Assembly (NCBI GenBank): GCA_963711305.1
Contig: CAVQDT010000005.1
Coordinates: 662,683 to 726,682 of the forward strand
Source: an uncultured Pseudomonadota bacterium
GTDB taxonomy: Bacteria; Myxococcota_A; Polyangia; Fen-1088
Direction of reading: 5' to 3'
Length of the DNA: 64,000 nucleotides
A model generated the notes under the pieces. That model saw nothing but the letters and a program-made list of their open reading frames with translations, had not been told where the DNA came from and did no database searches. Shown here piece after piece: positions 1-9,006 of this stretch. The position numbers and the translations under genes were made by a program. Position 1 is the first letter of the stretch. The number at the start of each line of letters is the position of its first letter.

Positions 1-119
1 GATTCACAGCGGCGCAACGACGCTCCCCAGCACGAATAAAAGACCTTTCGTGCTAGTGTTCAGCGCGCCGAGAAAAGCGGCGCACGGCCCACGCCGACGA
101 CCCATCCCAGGAGGATTTT

Positions 120-1131
120 ATGCGGACATTCGGACGACTTTTGCTCGCGCTCGGTCTCAGCGCGGGATTGAGCCTGACTGGCGGCGCGCCGGCTCTTGCC
201 AAGGGCAAGGGCAAGGGAGGGAAGGGGGGCGGCGAGAACGCCAACGCAGCCGAGATCGACAAGCTGAAGGCGGTGCGCCTCGGGGATCCCAAGGCCGGCG
301 TCTTCAAGTGGAACATGAGCCCCGAGGAAGTGATGGGGATGGTGCGTGATGCGATCCAGAAGAAGTATCAGCCGCGCATCGAAGGCGCGGCGCAGGATCC
401 GGGCAAGCAGCAGCGCATCCACGACGAGATGGAGCGAGAGCTGACGGCGGTCAAGAAGAGCTACGCCAAGTTCGAGGGCCAGAAGACCGGCCTCGACGTC
501 TCGATCGTCGGCCCCGAGTTCCAGCAGAACACCGGCGAGGCCGTGCTGGTCGCGAAGGAAGACATCTGGACGCGCTACTTCTTCTTCTTCGAGAACGGCC
601 TCTACAAGATGTTCCTGGCGTTCAACAAGGACGCGATCGAGGGCAAGCCGTTCCGCGAGTTCGCGAAGGGCATGGAGGGCAAGTACGGCCACGCCAAGGA
701 GGTCTATCGCGACGAGAAGGCGATGGGCGGCGTCAAGCGCATCCTCGACCACTTCGACTGGAGCGCGGGCGGCGACAAGCTGCGCCTCATCGACCGCTCC
801 GAGTTCTACGGCGTCTATTGCCTGGTGCTCTCCGACGCGGGTACGCAGGAGCGCGCCATCGAGCGGCGCAAGGTCGTGAACCCGGATCAGCCGAGCCGGG
901 GACGCGCTGGTCGAGGCCGTGATCACCAAGGACGGCAACGACCGCGACTCCAACGACAACATCATCGACCGCATCACCGGCAAGGAGATCCGCAAGCCGG
1001 GCGATGAGCAGAAGCATGACGATATCGTGGTGCCGTCGGTCGGCGGCGGCGGCAAGAAGACGGCGTCGTCACCGGCCCCCGAGGCCAAGTCCAAGAAGAA
1101 GAGCGGCCCGAACGACGGACTGGAGCTGTAA
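120..1131 (+). CDS. Secreted hypothetical protein (one frameshift near 900)
   Basis: AGGAGG RBS before ATG 120; signal peptide MRTFGRLLLALGLSAGLSLTGGAPALA; coding continues in ORF 919..1131 (ITKDGNDRDSNDNIIDRITG). Confidence 0.75.
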
Positions 1132-1159
1132 GACCGGATCGGGGAGGGGCACGCGATCT

Positions 1160-1310
1160 CGGGTCCGTGCTCCTGTCCGCGTCCGTGCTCCGTCCGAGTC
1201 CGTGCTCCTGTCCGCGTCCGTGCTCGGCTTGCCACTAGCGTGCTCGTGATCCGCCGGATCCGGATTCACGCTGTTCGCGCACCGGACACGGACACGGACT
1301 CGAGCACGCT
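1160..1310. repeat. Intergenic hexamer-periodic tandem/inverted repeat element
   Basis: GTCCGT/GCTCCT/GTCCGC units at 1163-1226, with complementary ACGGAC/GAGCAC units at 1281-1308. Confidence 0.7.
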
Positions 1311-1333
1311 TCCCGGCGACGCGTCCCCCAAAA

Positions 1334-1364
1334 GAAAAGCCCCGCTCAATGAGCGGGGCTTTTC
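1334..1364. terminator. Bidirectional rho-independent terminator
   Basis: GAAAAGCCCCGCTC-AAT-GAGCGGGGCTTTTC perfect hairpin with A/T tails between convergent genes. Confidence 0.9.
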
Positions 1365-1389
1365 GTCGTTCAGGAGCTAACGGTGGTCG

Positions 1390-2580
1390 CTAGAACGGCG
1401 CGAACACGTCCGGGCGGCTCGCGGCCTTGTCGATGCCCTCGAACAGCTCCTTCTGCGAGCTGCTGAGGCGGCCGGCGATGCCGCGTAGGTTGGCGACGCG
1501 CTGCTTGTAGGCCTCGTTACGGACCTGGTCGGGCGAGCCCGACATCACGGCGTCCATCAGCGGCGTCGGCTTGATCGGGATGACCTTGTCGGTGTCGAGC
1601 TTGCCACCGGACTTGCGGTCGACCCAGGGCGCGCCGGTGTTCGAGCGCACCTTGAAGCCGACGAGGTCGGCCGCGCTACAGTCCTTGCCGCCGTTCTTGC
1701 AGACCTGCTCGCCGACCTCGACGAGGTTGCCGACGATGATCTTCGACGAGGTGTCGAACACCAGGCCGTAGTTCTTGTCGCCGCCCGCCGCCGCCTGCTT
1801 GGTGGCGAACGCCGCCAGCGACTCCTGGTCGGCCTTGGTCTTCTTGATGTGGCGCTCGGTCTCGCCGTAGAGCGCGATGCTGTCGTAGTAGTAGTTGAAC
1901 AGCCGATCGACGACCACGTCCTCGAGGCGGAAGTAGTCGACGCGGAAGATCTTGCTGGTGTCGGGGCGGGGGTCGAGCTTGATCTTCTCGAGCTCGGCGA
2001 TGAGGACGGGGTCGTAGGACAGCGGCTCTTTCTTGTCCTTCGCCATCCGCTGAGAGCTCATCGCCAGCGCCGTCCCGATCTGGGTCAGCGTCTTCTGCAT
2101 CGAGTCGAGCTCGCCCTTGACGCTCTTCGCCGCGTGGTTCGCGGTGTTCATGTTGGCGCGGCCAACGCTGGCCATGCCCATGCCGGCGCCGAGCGCGAAG
2201 CCCACCAGGCCGACGATCAACGAGGCGATCAGGGTCGCCTTGCCGCGGCCCGACCGCACGTTCGCCGTGGGCTGGCCGTCGTCGATGGTGCGCAGGTCGA
2301 ACTGACCGGCCTGCGGCTTCATGCGCGCAAACGGGTCCAGCGCCGCGGGCGGGCCCGCCGGGACCGGCGCCGCCTGGGGCTGGGGAGCCGCCGCCGGGGC
2401 TGCCGCCGCGGCAGGGCCGCCGAACTGGGGCGGGAAGCCCGGGGCCGGCCCAATGGGGCGGCCGGGAGCGGGGGCTGCGCCCGGAGGAGGTGCCGCCTCG
2501 GGCCTCTTGAGACCGAGCCGCGCTTTCAGATCCGAGATGTCTTTGTTGGGCGGAGCGCCAGGCTTCCTGTTTTGTTCCAC
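1390..2580 (-). CDS. Single-pass membrane hypothetical protein (Pro/Ala-rich N-terminus, TM helix, helical C-domain)
   Basis: 396-aa ORF with strong codon bias; GGAGGAG RBS; TM segment TLIASLIVGLVGFALGAGMG. Confidence 0.75.
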   Translation of the reverse strand: MEQNRKPGAPPNKDISDLKARLGLKRPEAAPPPGAAPAPGRPIGPAPGFPPQFGGPAAAAAPAAAPQPQAAPVPAGPPAALDPFARMKPQAGQFDLRTIDDGQPTANVRSGRGKATLIASLIVGLVGFALGAGMGMASVGRANMNTANHAAKSVKGELDSMQKTLTQIGTALAMSSQRMAKDKKEPLSYDPVLIAELEKIKLDPRPDTSKIFRVDYFRLEDVVVDRLFNYYYDSIALYGETERHIKKTKADQESLAAFATKQAAAGGDKNYGLVFDTSSKIIVGNLVEVGEQVCKNGGKDCSAADLVGFKVRSNTGAPWVDRKSGGKLDTDKVIPIKPTPLMDAVMSGSPDQVRNEAYKQRVANLRGIAGRLSSSQKELFEGIDKAASRPDVFAPF

Positions 2581-2673
2581 AATACTCCTCCGGCGTGGTT
2601 CGCTACACGCGCTCAGGTCGGGGTCGGTCGTCTCGTTTGGTCGATGTCAAGCAAGGACCGCAGAAGTCGCGCG

Positions 2674-2702
2674 ACGATACTGAGGCGCTCCGGGGCTGTC
2701 AA
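2674..2702 (-). promoter_or_regulatory. Sigma70-type promoter for 1390..2580
   Basis: Minus strand TTGACA-17 nt-TATCGT. Confidence 0.65.
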
Positions 2703-2773
2703 GCAAACCCGCCAGAACACAGAAAAATTTTGACAAATGTCGATTGACGATGGACCGCTGCTAACCGCCCGTC

Positions 2774-3127
2774 CTAGTCGCTTACTAGGGCGTCGATCGC
2801 CGACGCGGCGCTTGCCGGCAAACGCGTGAAGCGGATGCCGACCGTACGGCCACCGTCGGTGGTCACCGTTTCGCCGAACGCTGTCACGATTTCAGGACGC
2901 CCGGGTAACTGGAACTGCAGTCCCATGTACGCCGGCGCCGGTGTCAGCCGTGGTTCGATGATGGGTACCAGCCGCGCGCCCGACCGGCTGATGTTGGTCA
3001 TGCGACACAGGTAGGGGTGCCCGTTCAGGAAGCGGTTCACGAAGAGGTCGGTCTTCGCCCGGCGCTGCCGCCGTCGCTCGCCATCGGTGCCAGCTTCTTC
3101 GATGTGGTGATCGTCGCGGTGTTCCAT
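2774..3127 (-). CDS. PilZ domain protein (candidate c-di-GMP receptor)
   Basis: RRQRR (RxxxR) and NISRSG ((D/N)xSxxG) motifs, GIRF near the C-terminus; likely start MEHRDD. Confidence 0.8.
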   Translation of the reverse strand: MEHRDDHHIEEAGTDGERRRQRRAKTDLFVNRFLNGHPYLCRMTNISRSGARLVPIIEPRLTPAPAYMGLQFQLPGRPEIVTAFGETVTTDGGRTVGIRFTRLPASAASAIDALVSD

Positions 3128-3260
3128 ATCGATCTCGCCTTCCCCCAGGTGCCGTCGATGCGCCAGTCGATTGTTCGAATTCGGTTGTCCTACATGTAGT
3201 CCCCAGTGAGAAGGACGGTCAACTTTTCGCGCGGTTTTCGTGTCTTCGGCAGGCAGAACG

Positions 3261-3289
3261 TTGACTTGCCTTCCATCGCTACCGATAAT
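3261..3289 (+). promoter_or_regulatory. Sigma70-type promoter
   Basis: TTGACT-17 nt-GATAAT upstream of ATG 3365 with AGGAG RBS. Confidence 0.6.
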
Positions 3290-3364
3290 CCGGGCGCGCC
3301 TTTTCGTCTCAAGGCCAGCCCCTTTCACCCCCTTACCCACCTGCCGAAGCAGAGGAGCTAGGAC

Positions 3365-4840
3365 ATGCACCGCATGAAGATCGGGCTTGTCGCTGCCGCC
3401 GTCCTGTTGGTCTTTACCCTGGGCGTGCATGCGGTTGTGACCCAGAACCTCAAGGAATCGGTGATTCACGAGGTCGAATCCGACGTTTCCCGGGCGCAGC
3501 GGATGCACCAGTCGATCGCCCGCCTCGAATCGCTAGATTTCGCCAACCTGGTGGCTGGCTTGGCCCACAAGCCGGCCCTGGTCGGGGTCTTCGACAAGAC
3601 CGACGAGACCGCCAAGCGCCAGGCTGCCTTCGAGCAGTGCGAGGGGCTGAACGCCTACCTGGCGACCGGCTCCCGCAAGGCCGACATCGTCGCTGTCATC
3701 GACTCGGCGGGCAAGGTGGTCGCCCGCGACCTGAACGTCAACGCGATGTACGGCGAGGACCTGCGCGCCAAGTACCCCGCCGTGGGGACCGCGCTCAAGG
3801 GCGAGGCGACCAAGGACGTCTGGACATTCTCCAACCGTATGACCCGCGTCGCCGTAGCCCCCATCGCCACGCCCGAGGGGGTCATCCGCGGGGCGCTGCT
3901 GGTCGGCTACGTGCTCAACGCGCGCGACGCGCAGCTGAAACACGACCTGCTGGGGACAGAGGTCGCCTACTTCCACGATGGCAAGGTCCACACCTCGAGC
4001 TTCATCGCCGAGGGGATCGGCGACAGCGCCAAGGAGGACGGCAACCGCACGCAGGCTCTGAACGCGGTGCTCTTCACGCTGGGCGACAAGCCCGGGCAGC
4101 AGGCGGTGCAGAAGCAGGCGGCGACCGAGCTCTTTCACTTCCTGCTCGACGGACACGAGTACGCGGCGGTCGCCGCGCCGCTGTTCGGCAACGCGTTCGA
4201 CAAGACCAGCGGCGTCGTGTTGATGAACTCGATCTCGTCGGAGATGGACAAGGTCTCCGGCGTCGGCTTCAAGATCATCGGCTTCGGCATCCTCGCGATC
4301 CTCGTCGCGCTGGGCGCCACGGTGATGACCGCGCTGCGCTTCATCAAGCCGCTCGACCAGATCGAGCTCGGGGTCGCCGAGATCATCAACGGCAACATCG
4401 ACTACACGTTCAAGCCGGTCGGCCCCGACTTCGAGGGCCTCTCGAACAGCCTCAACGTCATGATGGCGCGCTTGCTGGGCCGCGACGAGCCCAACGAGGA
4501 TCAGGTCGAGGAGGAGGCCGACGAGGCCCAGCGCTGGCGGTCGGAGCAGATGTTGGTCGAGGAGGTTGCGACGCCGCCGACCGGCCCGAGCAACGATCCT
4601 CAGGTCCAGGCGCTGGCGCAGGAGAACGAGGCGATGTACTTCGCGCGGCTCTACGCCGAGTATGTCGCGGCGCTCAAGAGCCAGAACAAGCCGACGACGG
4701 GCATCACCGTGCAGGCCTTCACGACCAAGCTGCGCCTGGTCGAGGGCGGCCTCAAGCAGAAGTGGGAATGCCGCTCCGTGCGCTTCCGCGTCGTGGTCCA
4801 GGGAGACCTGGTGACGCTGAAGCCAGTTCCGATATACTGA
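3365..4840 (+). CDS. MXAN_5187-family membrane protein (Cache-like periplasmic domain, HAMP, MXAN_5187 C-terminal domain)
   Basis: Two TM helices; HAMP (IKPLDQIELGVAEIINGNIDY...EGLSNSLN); C-terminal YFARLYAEY...FTTKL...CRSVRFRVVVQGDLVTLKP pattern. Confidence 0.75.
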   Translation: MHRMKIGLVAAAVLLVFTLGVHAVVTQNLKESVIHEVESDVSRAQRMHQSIARLESLDFANLVAGLAHKPALVGVFDKTDETAKRQAAFEQCEGLNAYLATGSRKADIVAVIDSAGKVVARDLNVNAMYGEDLRAKYPAVGTALKGEATKDVWTFSNRMTRVAVAPIATPEGVIRGALLVGYVLNARDAQLKHDLLGTEVAYFHDGKVHTSSFIAEGIGDSAKEDGNRTQALNAVLFTLGDKPGQQAVQKQAATELFHFLLDGHEYAAVAAPLFGNAFDKTSGVVLMNSISSEMDKVSGVGFKIIGFGILAILVALGATVMTALRFIKPLDQIELGVAEIINGNIDYTFKPVGPDFEGLSNSLNVMMARLLGRDEPNEDQVEEEADEAQRWRSEQMLVEEVATPPTGPSNDPQVQALAQENEAMYFARLYAEYVAALKSQNKPTTGITVQAFTTKLRLVEGGLKQKWECRSVRFRVVVQGDLVTLKPVPIY

Positions 4841-4850
4841 CCGTCCTGCG

Positions 4851-6053
4851 GTGGTAAAAACCGGGCTCGAAGTTCTTTGTAGCGAGCGCCTCGACCTTTT
4901 GCGCGGTCGCCGCGTCGGGGTGCTCTGCCACCCGGCGAGCGTGACCTCGGACCTGGTGCACGCGGTCGACCGCCTGCTTCAAACCGGCGTGCGCATCACG
5001 CGCCTGTTCGGTCCCGAGCACGGCGTGCGCGGCGAGGCGCAGGACATGATCGGCGTCGACGCCGACAAGGATCGCCGCACCGGCATCCCGGTGAACAGCC
5101 TCTACGGCGGCAGCTTCGAGTCGCTGTCCCCGGCGGCGTCCGACCTGGCCGACGTCGACGTGCTGGTCATCGACCTGCAGGACGTCGGCAGCCGCTACTA
5201 CACGTACGTCTGGACGATGGCGCTGGCGATGCAGGCCGCGGCGCGCGCGCACGTGACCGTCGTCGTCCTCGACCGCCCCAATCCGCTCGGCGGCGTCGAG
5301 GTCGAGTCGGGGCCGCTCCTGCCCGGCTTCCACTCGTTCGTGGGCCTGGGGGCCGTCGCGGTCCGCCACGGCATGACCATCGGCGAGATCGCGCGCATGG
5401 TCAAAAGCGGCATCCCCGGCGATCGCACCGGGCGGTTCGGCAAGCCAATCGACTGCGAGCTCGAGGTGGTCGGAATGAAGGGCTGGAAGCGGTCGATGGA
5501 CTACGACGCGACCGGGCTGCCCTGGGTCATGCCGTCGCCGAACATGCCGACGCTCGACACCGCGTTCGTCTACCCGGGCCTGTGCCTGGTCGAGGGGACC
5601 AATCTGTCCGAGGGGCGGGGCACGACGCGTCCGTTCGAGATCGTCGGCGCGCCGTTCCTCGACGGCTATCGGTGGGCGGAGCGGCTCGGACGGCTGCACC
5701 TGCCGGGCGTGCGGTTCCGGCCGCTGTCGTTCCTGCCGATGTTTCACAAGTTCGCGCGGCAGTCGTGCGGCGGCGTGCAGCTGCACGTCACCAATCGCGC
5801 CGCGTTCCGGCCCTACCGCACCGGCGTCGCGCTCCTGCACGTGGCGCGCGAGCTGGCGCCGGCCGACTTCGCCTGGCGCACGGAGGTCTACGAGTTCGTC
5901 AAGGACCCGCCCGCGATCGATCTGCTGACCGGGAGCGCCGCGGTACGGACTGGCATCGACGAGGGGCGGCCGTTCGACGAGATCTGCGCGCCGTTCGCCG
6001 CCTACGAGAGCCAGTTTTCGGCGGAGCGCGCGCCGTTTCTGCTGTACGACTAG
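4851..6053 (+). CDS. DUF1343 / exo-beta-N-acetylmuramidase NamZ family
   Basis: LFGPEHGVRG, DLQDVGSRYYTY, VLDRPNPLGG, RHGMTIGE, PSPNMPT, SEGRGTTRPFE motifs. Confidence 0.9.
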   Translation: MVKTGLEVLCSERLDLLRGRRVGVLCHPASVTSDLVHAVDRLLQTGVRITRLFGPEHGVRGEAQDMIGVDADKDRRTGIPVNSLYGGSFESLSPAASDLADVDVLVIDLQDVGSRYYTYVWTMALAMQAAARAHVTVVVLDRPNPLGGVEVESGPLLPGFHSFVGLGAVAVRHGMTIGEIARMVKSGIPGDRTGRFGKPIDCELEVVGMKGWKRSMDYDATGLPWVMPSPNMPTLDTAFVYPGLCLVEGTNLSEGRGTTRPFEIVGAPFLDGYRWAERLGRLHLPGVRFRPLSFLPMFHKFARQSCGGVQLHVTNRAAFRPYRTGVALLHVARELAPADFAWRTEVYEFVKDPPAIDLLTGSAAVRTGIDEGRPFDEICAPFAAYESQFSAERAPFLLYD

Positions 6054-6056
6054 GCG

Positions 6057-6620
6057 ATGCGCATCGCTCTGTTCGGCGGCAGCTTCAACCCGCCGCACCT
6101 CGGTCACGAGCTGGCGGCGCTGTACGTGCTCGAGACCGCCGGCGTCGACGAGCTGTGGCTGATGCCCACGTTCCAGCATCCGTTCGACAAGGCGCTCGAG
6201 CCGTTCGAGGACCGCCTGGCGATGTGCGGGCTCGCGGCCGCCGCGCTGGGCCCGCGCGCGCGCGTGACCGACATCGAGCGCGAGCTCGGCGACGAGAGCC
6301 GCACGCTGCGCACGGTGCGCGCGCTGCAGTCCCGGCACCCCGAGCACGACTTCGCGCTGGTGATCGGCGCGGATCTCGTGGCCGAGATCGCGACCTGGTA
6401 CGGCGCCCAGGAGCTGCGCGCCACCGTGCCGTTCATCGTCGTCGGCCGCGCCGGGCTCGCCGCCGGAGCGGGCCCGCGCGCGGCGATCGAGATGCCGGCG
6501 GTCAGCTCGACGGAGATCCGGCGCGCGCTCGCGCGAGGGAAGGCCGGTGACCGGTCTCGTGTCGCGCGCGGTCCTCGACTACATCCGCGCGCGCGGGCTG
6601 CTTCGGCAGGACCCGCGTGA
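6057..6620 (+). CDS. nadD: Nicotinate-nucleotide adenylyltransferase (3' frameshift near 6545)
   Basis: GGSFNPPHLGH, VIGAD, VSSTEIR; true C-terminus GLVSRAVLDYIRARGL in the shifted frame. Confidence 0.9.
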   Translation: MRIALFGGSFNPPHLGHELAALYVLETAGVDELWLMPTFQHPFDKALEPFEDRLAMCGLAAAALGPRARVTDIERELGDESRTLRTVRALQSRHPEHDFALVIGADLVAEIATWYGAQELRATVPFIVVGRAGLAAGAGPRAAIEMPAVSSTEIRRALARGKAGDRSRVARGPRLHPRARAASAGPA

Positions 6621-7603
6621 GCGCGGCCGAGCCGCAACCGCCGGTGGTTTTCATCTTCGGTGCCGGCGCGGTCGGCACGGCGCTGGCGGCGGGCCTGGCG
6701 CGGTCCGGCGTGCCGGTCGCGGGTCTGCACGGCCGCCAGAGCGATCGCGCGGGCGCGGCGGCAGGGCTCTCGGCTGTGCGCGCGAGCACAGGCGAGATCC
6801 CGCCCGCGTTGTCGGGCGCGGACGCGGTGATCATCGCGGTGCGCGACGACCGCATCGCCGAGGTCGCCGGGCGGCTGGTGCGCGAGGATCGCCTGCGGAG
6901 CGAGCAGGTCGTGCTGCACACCTCGGGCGTCAACGCGTCGGCGCAGGCGCTGGCGATCGCCCGCCCGCACGTGCGCGGCGTGGGCACGCTGCACCCGCTG
7001 GTCTCGTTCGCCGACGCCCGCGTCGCCGTCGAGCAGCTGCACAGCATCGCGTTCGCCATCGAGGGCGACGAGCCGGCGCGCGCCGTGGCGGGCCGCCTGG
7101 TGCGCGCGCTGGGCGCGCAGGTTCTGTTGCTGACCGCGGAGACGCTGCCGCTCTATCACGCGGGCGCGGTCATGGCCTCGAACTACGTCGTCGCGCTGGC
7201 CGACCTGGCGCGGGCGCTGCTGGTCAAGGCCGGCGTGCCCGAGCCGCAAGCGCTGCCGGCGCTGATCCCGCTGATGTCGAGCGTGGTGCAGAATCTGTCG
7301 CAGATCGGATTACCGGGTGCGCTGACCGGGCCGGTCGAGCGCGGCGACGTGTCATCTGTCGAGCAACACCTGCGCGCCCTCGAGGCGCGCGCGCCGGAGA
7401 TGCTGGAGCTCTACCGGTCGCTGGGGCGCGATGTGCTGCGGCTCGCACGGGAAAAGTCACCGATGGACGCAGCGGCGGTTGCGCGGCTCGAGGCTCTCTT
7501 CCGCGTTCCCCGCGCATCCGTCAAGCCGGTCAAGGAGTCGGGCAAAGATCCGATGAGACGGACGGCTCCCATCTCGAAGACCGGCGCGAAGAAAAAGCGC
7601 TGA
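6617..7603 (+). CDS. Rossmann-like + DUF2520 oxidoreductase (PanG-like ketopantoate reductase family)
   Basis: GAGAVG, VLHTSG, LHPL, YHAGAVMASN, ALTGPVERGD motifs. Confidence 0.85.
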   Translation: MSAAEPQPPVVFIFGAGAVGTALAAGLARSGVPVAGLHGRQSDRAGAAAGLSAVRASTGEIPPALSGADAVIIAVRDDRIAEVAGRLVREDRLRSEQVVLHTSGVNASAQALAIARPHVRGVGTLHPLVSFADARVAVEQLHSIAFAIEGDEPARAVAGRLVRALGAQVLLLTAETLPLYHAGAVMASNYVVALADLARALLVKAGVPEPQALPALIPLMSSVVQNLSQIGLPGALTGPVERGDVSSVEQHLRALEARAPEMLELYRSLGRDVLRLAREKSPMDAAAVARLEALFRVPRASVKPVKESGKDPMRRTAPISKTGAKKKR

Positions 7604-7700
7604 CGGCCCGGCGACGGGATGGCATAGACTCGATTGTCAGGCAGCGTCCAGGCATTCGTTCAATCACCGCCATTTCTCTTCCACCGTTTTTGGAGTCTTC

Positions 7701-8258
7701 ATGAGCAAGAGCAGGTTCGTCAGCATTTTGGCTTTGTTCTCTCTGCTGGTAGTGGGCTTGGTCGGAGCGCGGGCGGCGGTGGCGGCCAAGCCGGAAGATG
7801 TCTTCAAGGGCAAGATCATCATCACGAAGAATCGATTGCCGATGCGGTTCTCGTCGCCGGGAGCGTTCGTCGCTGCGCTTCAGAAAAGCAAGACCGACAA
7901 GATCTGGCCGACCGAGGAGAAGGGCGCCGATCAAGGAACCTGGGACCTCGAGTACGTCGCGTTCTTCGCGCAGCCGCTGAACGACAGCGAGATCCAGGTG
8001 AAGTTCTACGACATCACCGGCGGTGAAAAGCGGTACGTCGCCGGCGATCCGCAGTACACGCGCGAGCGCGGGTCGCGGGTCTTCGGTTCGAACATCCAGC
8101 TCGCGAAGCCGGAGTTCGACGTGCGCAAGCACTACCTGATGACGCTGGAGTCGCGGCAGCACGTGATCGCCTCGACGCAGTTCTGGCTGCTCGGCAAGGG
8201 CGCGAACTACAGCGGCAAGGTCGAGTTCTCCGACGCCGAAGCCAAGGGCAAGCAGTAG
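7701..8258 (+). CDS. Secreted hypothetical protein
   Basis: GGAG RBS; signal peptide ending ARA/AVA; clean 185-aa ORF. Confidence 0.75.
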   Translation: MSKSRFVSILALFSLLVVGLVGARAAVAAKPEDVFKGKIIITKNRLPMRFSSPGAFVAALQKSKTDKIWPTEEKGADQGTWDLEYVAFFAQPLNDSEIQVKFYDITGGEKRYVAGDPQYTRERGSRVFGSNIQLAKPEFDVRKHYLMTLESRQHVIASTQFWLLGKGANYSGKVEFSDAEAKGKQ

Positions 8259-8273
8259 TCCGGGGACCGCGGC

Positions 8274-9006
8274 GTGACGACTCGGCTGGCGCTGGCGATC
8301 GGGCTCTGCGCCGCGCTTGCGCCCGCCGGGGCGCGCGCGGCAGCCCGGCCCGCGCGCGGAACGCCAGCGCCGGCGCAAGATCCCACGGTCGTCGATCTGC
8401 TCGTCGAGCTCCTGGCCGCGGGGACCTCGCCCGAGCGGGCGACCGCGGCGCTGGGCGCGCTGGCCAAGATCGCCGATGCGCGCGGCTTCGAGGCGCTGGA
8501 GCTCTACGCCGTCCACCGGCGCCCCGAGGTGCGGCGGGAAGCGGTGAAGGCGCTGGCGGCGCTCGCCGATCCGCGCGTGGTCCCGCCGCTGCTCGATCGG
8601 CTGGGCGACGAATCGCCCGAGGTGCGCGCCGCCGCGGCGAGCGGCGCTGGCCGAACGCCACGAAGCCAGCGCGGTGCCGCGCCTCATGCGGCTGTGCCGG
8701 CGCGGCGACATCGGCGCGGCGGCGCCGCTCGGCCTCCTGGCGACGCCCGACACGCTGGCCGAGCTGCGCGAGCAGCAGGGCGCGATCAAGGACGACGTGC
8801 TGGCGACCGCGCTCGGCAGCAGCCTGCGCCGCAGCGACATCGGCGACGGCGTGCGCATCGATACCTTGCGTGCGATCGGCAAGCTCCACGGCGTCGAGGC
8901 CACGGCGGCGATCGCCGACTACCTGGCGTCGATTCCGGCGCACGACAACCGCGCGTCCCGGAAAGAGGCGCAGCGCTTGCTCGACGAACGGGGAGGGGAG
9001 CGATGA
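8274..9006 (+). CDS. Secreted HEAT-repeat protein (frameshift near 8650)
   Basis: HEAT/PBS repeats EVRREAVKAL, LGDESPEVRAAAA, VRIDTLRAIG; continues in ORF 8674..9006. Confidence 0.7.
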
